Shown here: piece by piece, positions 56,201 to 64,000 of the stretch
How positions within the stretch are numbered: position 1 is the stretch's first letter
How the letters are laid out: the number at the start of each line of letters is the position of its first letter
NCBI GenBank assembly: GCA_002811645.1
Contig: PDIP01000033.1
Span: 1 to 64,000 of the forward strand
DNA from: Corallochytrium limacisporum Hawaii
Taxonomy: Eukaryota > Protista > Pluriformea
Direction: 5' to 3'
DNA: 64,000 bases
Notes under the pieces: generated by a model
What the model was told of the DNA's origin: nothing
The model's database searches: none
What the model saw: the letters and a program-made list of their open reading frames with translations, nothing else
Program-made: the position numbers and the translations under genes

Positions 56201-58288
56201 ATGCCGCCGAAACAGAAGAAGGCGAAGAAGAAGTCGCAAACTGCTGGCTCTCCAAGTAAGGAACCTCTACCGTCGGAAGATGGCACAAAGATTTCGTCCG
56301 AACGGCAGGACTGGGGAATGACTTGGTATACCTACGGCATAGCTGTTGTGATCGCAGCATACTTCACGAGGATCCTTTGGAACCTTGTCGAAGCGCACAA
56401 ATTCTACAGCCACCTGACTCTGCAACAAAGGGAGCTCAGTATGTACTCAGAACAAGGATTTTACTATTCATTCTATAAGCATGCAGCACTGGAAGGGTGG
56501 AGCAGCATACATTCCCACTTTCTAGCGAACGACCGGGTGGAAGCACCGAACACAATCAATGCTCTATACAGGTTCAATGTCTACCAGGAGCTGATCCTGG
56601 GGCTGTCCTATCACTACTGCCGTGAGCTGCTCAACGACATTGACATGGTCACCTTTTACTATGGCTTCATTTTTGCCCTTAATGGAGTCGGCATTGCTAT
56701 GTTGTTCCTTTGCAGTACATCAGCGGGACGTAGCATCTGGGCCGGCCTGCTAACTGTGTCCATATACTGGCTAAATCTGAAGCATGTATCACGGGTGCAT
56801 CATGTTCCGGATGGACGGGAGAGCTTCGGTGTGCCGCTCATGTGGATGCAACTGTTCTCCATTGCGCAAATTTTGCGCAAACCAGAGCCGTTCAAAGCAT
56901 CGACGGCAAACAAGCTCGGCCTTGTGGGCACCACGGTGGCGTTTCTTCTGTCATGGCAGCTGGCTCCCTTGATACTACTGCTACAGGGCTGTGCCCTGTT
57001 TGGAGCGTATCTGCTCCGTGCTATTCCCATGATGCACTATCGTGATATTACGGGAGGCATTATCATTGCCTGTGCGATTGTAACATGGATGATGTACAAC
57101 AACCCGTACACAATTGAATCCCCTGGATTTGTCTACATTGTCGCCATTACGATAATGAGCACGCTGGGGGACGTTTTGTTCGCAGTCAAGCGCACCCTGT
57201 ACAACCCCGATCTTCATGTTATTTTGCGCGTGATGTCTGCTGCTGTGTTGATCAACGTCTCTTTTATCATTGCCATAGCCTTCAGATTTATCATTGGTGT
57301 GCTTAATGGCAACGAATTGTCTCTGGACGAGCACATTGGGCACTTCATCATGACCAAAGTTGGCGGTGAACGGTACGCCACCTTCCATACCAAGCTCTAT
57401 TCATGCCAACCCGCTTTCCAGGCCTTGAAGATGGCGGACTTATGGGAGCTTTCAGACACGCTTCTCGTACCAGTCGCGCTCTTCGGTGTGGTGTCGGTGC
57501 TCTTTTTCGCCATCCGGGACTGGGTCCGCGCGAAGTACCCTGAGGACGTTACGGTCTGCAGTGTATTCCCTCATCGTATTCCTGCGGAGTTGACCATGCA
57601 CGCCATATTGACCCTGCTCTTCTTCACCAGCACGCTGTTTATCTCTCGCTTTAGGGCACTCATGGGCCCTGCCTTTGCTTTGATGGCAGGCCAGGTGTTT
57701 TACCCGGATGCGACGTGGTTGGACACTGTCTCAAGCAGCCGCACCAAATTGTTCATTTGTATCGCGGGTATTGCGGTGATGCTTCGGATCGGGCTTCCAC
57801 GGACCAATGCCTTCATGAATAAGGAATTGGAGTGGCATGACGACGGCTTGGTATCCCTTGCCACTTGGATCAACGAAAATACTGACCCCGACGCGATATT
57901 GGCGGGCGCGATGTCTGTCCTGGGACCGCTTTGCGGGCATACCTTGCGCCGAACAGCCAATCACGCGCACTACGAACACCCGGACATTCGTGAAAGGACG
58001 GAGAAGATCTACCAAATATATTCCGACGCGCCACCGGAGAAAGTTCACTCCCTGCTCTCTGAGTACGACGTGGACTACCTCATCGTGGACATGGCTATGG
58101 TGCGCGCGAAGGCGCCCAAGGGCTGTTCACGTAAGGAAATTGCAGCGCTGTCGACATACAGTGTTCAGACACCGGGCGCCCCAGGCTTTCTCAGCGCCTT
58201 GGATACCTCGGGGGGCGGAAAATGGTTTCAGGTCGGACACCGCAACAAACGTTACGTCGCATACAAAGTACTCCAAGATGGTGGATAA
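56201..58288 (+). CDS. DPY19: Tryptophan C-mannosyltransferase, DPY19 family
   Basis: RELSMYSEQGFYYSFYK, INALYRFNVYQELI, RESF..P, SWQ, FHTKLYSC, WINENT...A.LAGAM, NHAHYE..IRERT; multi-TM. Confidence 0.92.
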   Translation: MPPKQKKAKKKSQTAGSPSKEPLPSEDGTKISSERQDWGMTWYTYGIAVVIAAYFTRILWNLVEAHKFYSHLTLQQRELSMYSEQGFYYSFYKHAALEGWSSIHSHFLANDRVEAPNTINALYRFNVYQELILGLSYHYCRELLNDIDMVTFYYGFIFALNGVGIAMLFLCSTSAGRSIWAGLLTVSIYWLNLKHVSRVHHVPDGRESFGVPLMWMQLFSIAQILRKPEPFKASTANKLGLVGTTVAFLLSWQLAPLILLLQGCALFGAYLLRAIPMMHYRDITGGIIIACAIVTWMMYNNPYTIESPGFVYIVAITIMSTLGDVLFAVKRTLYNPDLHVILRVMSAAVLINVSFIIAIAFRFIIGVLNGNELSLDEHIGHFIMTKVGGERYATFHTKLYSCQPAFQALKMADLWELSDTLLVPVALFGVVSVLFFAIRDWVRAKYPEDVTVCSVFPHRIPAELTMHAILTLLFFTSTLFISRFRALMGPAFALMAGQVFYPDATWLDTVSSSRTKLFICIAGIAVMLRIGLPRTNAFMNKELEWHDDGLVSLATWINENTDPDAILAGAMSVLGPLCGHTLRRTANHAHYEHPDIRERTEKIYQIYSDAPPEKVHSLLSEYDVDYLIVDMAMVRAKAPKGCSRKEIAALSTYSVQTPGAPGFLSALDTSGGGKWFQVGHRNKRYVAYKVLQDGG

Positions 58289-58364
58289 ATATATTAACCG
58301 GTCATTTTGATCCCGTAGTGTAATTGTGGGCATGTGACTTCAGTTTACTTCTACATAAACCATT

Positions 58365-59267
58365 TCAGTGTCGATAGTGTACAGATGAACGAATGTGAAT
58401 GTGATGTGGCCCCATAACCTTGATATGATCGTATTGCAGCAACGGGCTCTGTTGGGGTGGGAACGATTCTTCGGGGAACAAACGCGGCCGGCCCTCTTTC
58501 TTGGCGTTCACCTCGCCGCACAGATGGCCGCAGACAGTGATGCGCACCTCATCGACCAGTTTCTGGAAAACCATCGGTGCGATCACCTTGCCACCGGCGG
58601 TCACGTCGAGCAAGCGGATTCCAAAGTCAGACCACAGTGCTGCAAGGAGCTTCTTAAGGTCTACATGCTTACCATTGTGGTTGGGGAAGGCTTGTACCCT
58701 CACCCTACGGCTAGTGTGCAGCAATGCATCAACCTTTGCCTGCAGTTTCTTTGCCACCGTTTCGTTGCACGTTGCTACCAGTACAGGTAGCTCCAGATCA
58801 TTCAGACTGGGAGAGTCGAACATGGCAATGTTGGGGATATCAAGATCTGGTGAACGAGTTAATACAACCTGTAAAGGCAGACGGTGGTGGACTTTGAGCG
58901 TGTTCGTGCGACAGTAAGATGCTGCCCAGGGTTCATTGCGTAAAATCTCGCCAGTCAAAAGCACTGCATCCGCGTATGCCCAGCCCGTGTTCAGCAGAAG
59001 CCAGTCCAGTTCAGCACCACGTTTGATCCTATCCGGAGAGGCCTTAGCCTCCTTCTTCAGGACAATGTCTGCTGCACAACTTGACTCGCTCTCCTTCAGA
59101 GCCAACACGCCGTCCATGGACATGGCCGACATTGTCCAGACATAGGGCCGAGTGGCCGCAATGGTGGAGCCATGATCATCAATTTCGAGTGGTCGACCCT
59201 GTCGAGCATCCTCGGGGACCTCGTACAATTTGACGATCTCCTCCGGATTTGGGTCCCAGTACTCCAT
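58365..59267 (-). CDS. RibD C-terminal-like (DHFR-fold) reductase
   Basis: PYV...SAMSMDGVLA, ADAVLLTGEILRNE, VVLTRS, VDLKKLL..L...GIRLLDVTAGGKV and LVDEVRITV. Confidence 0.8.
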   Translation of the reverse strand: MEYWDPNPEEIVKLYEVPEDARQGRPLEIDDHGSTIAATRPYVWTMSAMSMDGVLALKESESSCAADIVLKKEAKASPDRIKRGAELDWLLLNTGWAYADAVLLTGEILRNEPWAASYCRTNTLKVHHRLPLQVVLTRSPDLDIPNIAMFDSPSLNDLELPVLVATCNETVAKKLQAKVDALLHTSRRVRVQAFPNHNGKHVDLKKLLAALWSDFGIRLLDVTAGGKVIAPMVFQKLVDEVRITVCGHLCGEVNAKKEGRPRLFPEESFPPQQSPLLQYDHIKVMGPHHIHIRSSVHYRH

Positions 59268-60614
59268 GGGTTTCTTAGGTCTTGTTGAGCTCTCTTTAGA
59301 CTGCGGTGCGTTTCAAAATAAATATATACCCAGGTGGTCGCCTCTCATGCAGCGACCATCTGCGACAAGGCGTTCGTCAGTAGTCAGCCTAAAGTACCTT
59401 GTACATGCACAGTCTTCAGATATTCCTGCTTCAGGGCCCCGTGATTTCAGAACGCCAGGATAAATCGAACCAATCTTGCAACCGTCAGCACCACCGCCAC
59501 CAAGAAACCACTGAGATTCACCCGCTCTGGCCACCAATTCACATGGCTCCTCCACAGGTACAGTAAGGGAGAGGGTGTCGTTGGGGCCCGAAGGAAAGAG
59601 AAGGGATTTGCTTCTCCCGGCAGAGGGATCCTGCGCAGTGTTGAAAAGAAAGATAGTTGTGCTTGTGGGTTCTGGAGGAAAAGCTTGGTGTTTGCCTTGG
59701 CAATAGCCGATCTGTGGGCCCTCCCATCATCCGTACACAAAACCCCCTCGGACCCCCCCCCAACCCCCCCCCCGCGAGCGAGGGAGACACGGACCGCACG
59801 GGCTCAGCGTTAATTCGAAGTAATTACTTATTGTTAGGGTTAGGGGTTATTTAATCCACTTGGTACATTTTTTTCCTTCGGTTTCGGGCCACATCATTCT
59901 GACATAGCGACGGAGGGCGCAAGGACTTTTCCCGGTTCGGTCTGGAACAGACAACAGCCCCCCTCCCCCTCCCGGGGGCGGGGGGACGGGAGGCTTGCCC
60001 CGTCCCGTATGTCGATAAGGAGACCAACGCAGTACGGTACTAAATATACTGCCTTCGCATTCGCCAAATGTGTACACGGTGATTCGTTTTGACTGTTGTG
60101 CCTCAGTCCCAATTAGCATCACTCTCCCGGGAAGTTTGGGGACGGGGACGGTACTGAATGTACCATGATGTTGGCCTTGGCACATCGCTTGTTGCCTCGG
60201 TTTGCTCCGAAGGCCGATCCGGCGGTGGGACGGAGTATCGCCGGTGTCCCTTTTACTCTGAAACGCGTTTGGGTCGCTGCACCGGGGTAGCTTCCGTTTG
60301 TGCAATTCGCTCCATTTTCAACACTGCTGTTGGACGCGCGTTAAACTAATGTTGATGATTCCACCAGTCATTATATTGGGAAGTCGTGGCACGAATCACT
60401 TGTCAGACTTGCTAGTTGAGGGAGTCAAACAGGAGGGTATATGGGACTTTGGAGCGATGAATAACTGTCGTAGAGCAGTATATACTGCAAAAGGGACAAA
60501 TTTCGTCGCAGACATTTCATAGCCATGTCGCATGTGCAGATATGATGAGTCATGAGCAATGACAGTATAAAGGAGTCTAAATCACAAGGACTGGAATAGC
60601 AGACGATCTTGAAA

Positions 60615-63600
60615 ATGTCAACTAGTACGGCTTCAGTGGCTACCACTGCCTCAGCAGCGAGTAGCCTTGCACAAGGCTATGGTCCATTAGTACAGAGCCT
60701 CAGGAAGCTCAAGAGTGTAAAAGAAACCCAGGTGAAGAAACGAAAGCCAATTCTTGATCAGATTGACAAGGCCTTGAACGAGGTGACTGAGGATGATGGG
60801 ACGCCCAAGACGACGGACTCACCGGTTGACGCCGATCCATACTTTGAGCCTTTTCGGCTGTGTATGAAGAGCGGTGTAGTGCCTATGCAGGTAGCCGCAC
60901 TCGATGGTGTCCAAAAACTGATTGCGTATGGTCATTTGAAGGGTGAAATGATGACTACAGTAACAAAGGAGCCGGAAAAGGATAGCGGATCGACGGAAAA
61001 ACAAGAAGTGAGCGTGCCTCTCATCGATCTCATCATCCCCACCGTGTGTGAATGCTTTGCAGGAGGCCAGACGCCAGATGATGTTCAGCTACAGGTCATT
61101 CGTGTGCTGCTTACGGCAGTTTCATCCGGGAATTGTGAGGTGCACGACAGCTCGCTGCTGAGTGCGTTCCGCACCTGTTACAACATATACCTCATCTCCA
61201 AGTCACTTGTCAATCAGACTACTGCAAAGGCTTCCCTTACGCAGATGCTGAATGTAATTTTTCAGCGGATGGAAACTAAGGAAAGTACAACGCGTCAATC
61301 TATGAAGCCTGTAAAAAATGACGGAGAACCGACCGAGCAGGAACTCGACGAAGCGGTTCAAGCAGTCATATCTGATGCTGTCCGGGCAATCTCAAATCCG
61401 GCACTGGCAGAGGATGATGGTGAAGACCAAGTGACAGAAGCAGAAGAAACTGCAGCAGAAAAGGCAAAGGCAGAGGATGAGAAGCAGACCCACGTTGATG
61501 AGGAGGCAAGCACGTCGGACGGAGCAAAGAAGCCAGGAAAATATGGGTTCTGCATTGTATGCGAAAAGCCCGCAGATAAATGGTGCGCCCAAACACGGCA
61601 GCCCGTCTGTAGCGTAGAATGCAAGAATGCGTACATAGCGAGTCTCGAAGACAACCCTGAGGACGCGACAGTTAACGAAGCGGCCTTTTCAGAAGTGCTG
61701 CAGCGCGATGCCTACCTAGTTTTCCGGTCCTTGTGCAAGATGAGTATGAAATCCATTGGGTCCATTCAGCAATCTGACAGGCGATCTCAGGAAATTCGCA
61801 GCAAGACTTTGGCCCTGGAACTGCTTCTGTCTGTCTTGCAAGGTGCCGGCCCAGTTTTTCAGACGCACCCAATGTTTATCTCTGCGGTGCGCCAGTACCT
61901 TTGTCTGAGCCTAACCCGCAATGGAGTCAGCTCAAACCCAGGCATATTCGAGCTGGCGCTGAACATTTTTCTGGCACTGCTGTCTTCCTTTAAGCATTTC
62001 ATGAAGGTACAGATTGAGGTATTCTTCGGTGACATTTTCCTGAATATTTTGGAGACGTCAACATCGTCATTTCAGCACAAGTGGCTGGTATTGCAGGCGC
62101 TCAAGGAAGTATGCGACAGCCCGCCGACCATCATGGACATTTACCTCAACTACGACTGCGGTCTGAATCACAACAATGTGGTCGAGCGCCTTATCAATGA
62201 CCTCAGTAAGATTGCACAGGGAAGGCATGTGGCAGAGCTGGGTGCCACGCAGCAGCAGGAATATAACATGCGTGTCAAGGGCGTGGAATGCCTTGCCGCA
62301 ATCCATAGAAGTATGGCAGTGTGGGCTCAGGACCTTATAGATGAACTCAACGGCACGCCCATCCCGGATAAACCGGACACGGTCAAAGAAGGTGAGGAAC
62401 GGACTAGCATGGAGCTAAACTCAGGCGGCGACGTCAATGGTGCCGGCCATGTCCGATCCAAAGCCCGTGATTCTCCCTACGGGGGATCAACAACACCGGT
62501 TCCGGCCGATGATTCGTCTTCATTTGAATTCCGGAAAAAGAAGAAGGAAGACTTTGCCAAGGGGCTGGCTTTGTTCGAGCAGCGGCCTAAGAAAGGTGTC
62601 AAATATTTCCAGGAGAATGAATTTGTGGGCTCTGAGGCCGGTGAAGTCGCTGTCTTCCTGCACGACACCGAGAAGCTTGACAACACTGCTATCGGTGAGT
62701 ACCTGGGTGACCCCGATGACTTTTGCCAGAAAGTCATGTACGGTTACGTGGACTACCTGGATTTCACAGAAATGCCCCTGGTGGAAGCACTACGCCTGTT
62801 TCTTTCTGGTTTTCGCCTGCCTGGTGAAGCCCAAAAGATTGATCGTCTTATGGAAAAGTTTGCGCAGCGATACTGCGAGAACAACCCAGACAATGGCATA
62901 TTTGCTTCAGCTGATACAGCCTACGTGCTGGCATTTTCCATCATTATGTTGACGACTGACTTGCACTCTGCGCATGTTAAGAAAAAAATGACCAAGGAGG
63001 AATTCATTCGGAACAACCGCGGCATTAATGACTCTAAGGATCTGCCTCAGGAGTATCTTGAAGGCATCTACGATGAGATCGCTGCTAATGAGATCAAGAT
63101 GAAGGATATGAAGCCAAGCGTGAAGCCAACGCAAGCTGAGCTCATGAACGAATCCAAGAGGCGAAGCCTGTACAGCAAGGAAATGCAATATCTCGTCGAG
63201 AATGCCCAAAATGTGCTAAAGGAACGGGCAGATGCAAATGATGCAGATTCCGAGTTCCAGATTGCCACACAAATCGAATTGGTCCGTCCTTTGTTCCGTG
63301 CCGCATGGACTAGCTCTCTGGCCGCATTCTCTGTGGCTTTTCAGAACATGGATGATCCTGAAGTGCTGGGTATGTGCCTAGAAGGCTTTAAGTTGTCTGT
63401 GCGCATTGCCGGTGTCTTTGGATTGGACATGGAACGCGATGCCTTTGTGCAGGGTCTATGCAAGTTCACATCACTGAACAGTGATCTTGGCGAATTGAAG
63501 CCTAAGAACGTGGAATGCATGAAGGCACTAATTTCATTGGGCTACACGGATGGTAACTTCCTGCGTAAGAATTGGTATGACATTCTTAAGGCGATTTCAG

Positions 63601-64000
63601 AGTTGGACATGGCCCAATCCGTCGATGTGGGCGAAAATGGCCACGATGCTAAAGGCTCGCGTAGGAAATCGGGCGATGTCATACCTGGTTCTGGCGAGCG
63701 AAGTGCGCCTGGCCGCGGCCATCGCTATGACCGGGAGAAGCTTCGCCACGTGCAGGAGACGATGGGGGAAAAGAACGCACAGGCGCTGCTGGTGTCCGTG
63801 GACAAGGTCTTTGCCTCAACCTCTCGCCTATCCGGTGAAGCTATCGTGGACTTTGTCCGTTGGCTCTGCCAGGTGAGTGTTGAGGAACTGCAAGCATCGG
63901 ATGTACCCCGCATGTACTCACTGGCCAAGATGGTGGAAATTGCGTACTACAATATGGGTCGTATTCGTCTTGAATGGAGTCGCATGTGGGTGGTCATGGG
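60615..64000 (+). CDS. Large ARF-GEF of the BIG1/BIG2/Sec7 family (3' end beyond the window)
   Basis: Starts at aaaATG 60615 and is still in frame at the window end; absent from the ORF track because no stop is reached. DCB (ALDGVQKLIAYGHL), HUS (YLNYDC), Sec7 FRLPGEAQKIDRLMEKFA and YVLAFSIIMLTTDLH, HDS YYNMGRIRLEWSRMW. Confidence 0.96.
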   Translation, partial: MSTSTASVATTASAASSLAQGYGPLVQSLRKLKSVKETQVKKRKPILDQIDKALNEVTEDDGTPKTTDSPVDADPYFEPFRLCMKSGVVPMQVAALDGVQKLIAYGHLKGEMMTTVTKEPEKDSGSTEKQEVSVPLIDLIIPTVCECFAGGQTPDDVQLQVIRVLLTAVSSGNCEVHDSSLLSAFRTCYNIYLISKSLVNQTTAKASLTQMLNVIFQRMETKESTTRQSMKPVKNDGEPTEQELDEAVQAVISDAVRAISNPALAEDDGEDQVTEAEETAAEKAKAEDEKQTHVDEEASTSDGAKKPGKYGFCIVCEKPADKWCAQTRQPVCSVECKNAYIASLEDNPEDATVNEAAFSEVLQRDAYLVFRSLCKMSMKSIGSIQQSDRRSQEIRSKTLALELLLSVLQGAGPVFQTHPMFISAVRQYLCLSLTRNGVSSNPGIFELALNIFLALLSSFKHFMKVQIEVFFGDIFLNILETSTSSFQHKWLVLQALKEVCDSPPTIMDIYLNYDCGLNHNNVVERLINDLSKIAQGRHVAELGATQQQEYNMRVKGVECLAAIHRSMAVWAQDLIDELNGTPIPDKPDTVKEGEERTSMELNSGGDVNGAGHVRSKARDSPYGGSTTPVPADDSSSFEFRKKKKEDFAKGLALFEQRPKKGVKYFQENEFVGSEAGEVAVFLHDTEKLDNTAIGEYLGDPDDFCQKVMYGYVDYLDFTEMPLVEALRLFLSGFRLPGEAQKIDRLMEKFAQRYCENNPDNGIFASADTAYVLAFSIIMLTTDLHSAHVKKKMTKEEFIRNNRGINDSKDLPQEYLEGIYDEIAANEIKMKDMKPSVKPTQAELMNESKRRSLYSKEMQYLVENAQNVLKERADANDADSEFQIATQIELVRPLFRAAWTSSLAAFSVAFQNMDDPEVLGMCLEGFKLSVRIAGVFGLDMERDAFVQGLCKFTSLNSDLGELKPKNVECMKALISLGYTDGNFLRKNWYDILKAISELDMAQSVDVGENGHDAKGSRRKSGDVIPGSGERSAPGRGHRYDREKLRHVQETMGEKNAQALLVSVDKVFASTSRLSGEAIVDFVRWLCQVSVEELQASDVPRMYSLAKMVEIAYYNMGRIRLEWSRMWVVM

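Noticed and set aside
19838-59267. Cofactor-metabolism cluster (PPAT, PLPBP, GGH, RibD-like) or ESCRT cluster (CHMP6, UBAP1)
   Set aside because: The genes are dispersed among unrelated housekeeping genes, with no evidence of functional clustering.
59834-59849. Interstitial telomeric TTAGGG
   Set aside because: Only two units, which is compatible with chance.

Overview
Eukaryotic, gene-dense window with one assembly gap (N 13847-14027) and about 22 protein-coding genes. No introns are visible, since each recognisable gene reads as one uninterrupted ORF. An animal-type myosin II regulatory light chain, DPY19 and an ANKFN1/WAKE-like protein point to a unicellular holozoan; the intron-less structure fits Corallochytrium best (inference, not verified). 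Recognisable genes: POT/PTR transporter, SnoaL-like protein, secreted TSP3-repeat protein, ANKFN1-like, MRLC, PPAT, PLPBP, ABHD10-like, APC2, MINPP1, MCMBP, NOP53, FANCL, CHMP6, GGH, UBAP1, a PPP1R3/CBM21 subunit, DPY19, a RibD-C-like reductase and a BIG/Sec7 ARF-GEF that runs off the right end. Highlight 1: two ORFs split by the ORF finder are one ADP-ribosylglycohydrolase/SelJ-family selenoprotein (17068-18384), with an in-frame UGA at 18025 and a well-formed type II SECIS at 18439-18512. Highlight 2: a decayed C-terminal relic of the flagellar axoneme gene CFAP43 lies at 38592-39285 (-), with two frameshifts and a nonsense codon. Also noted: E2F-type sites upstream of replication and cell-cycle genes, poly-G/poly-C islands restricted to intergenic DNA, a Cys-rich zinc-finger-like insert in the BIG GEF, and several other decaying ORFs. 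All family assignments rest on motifs recognised from memory; no searches were run.
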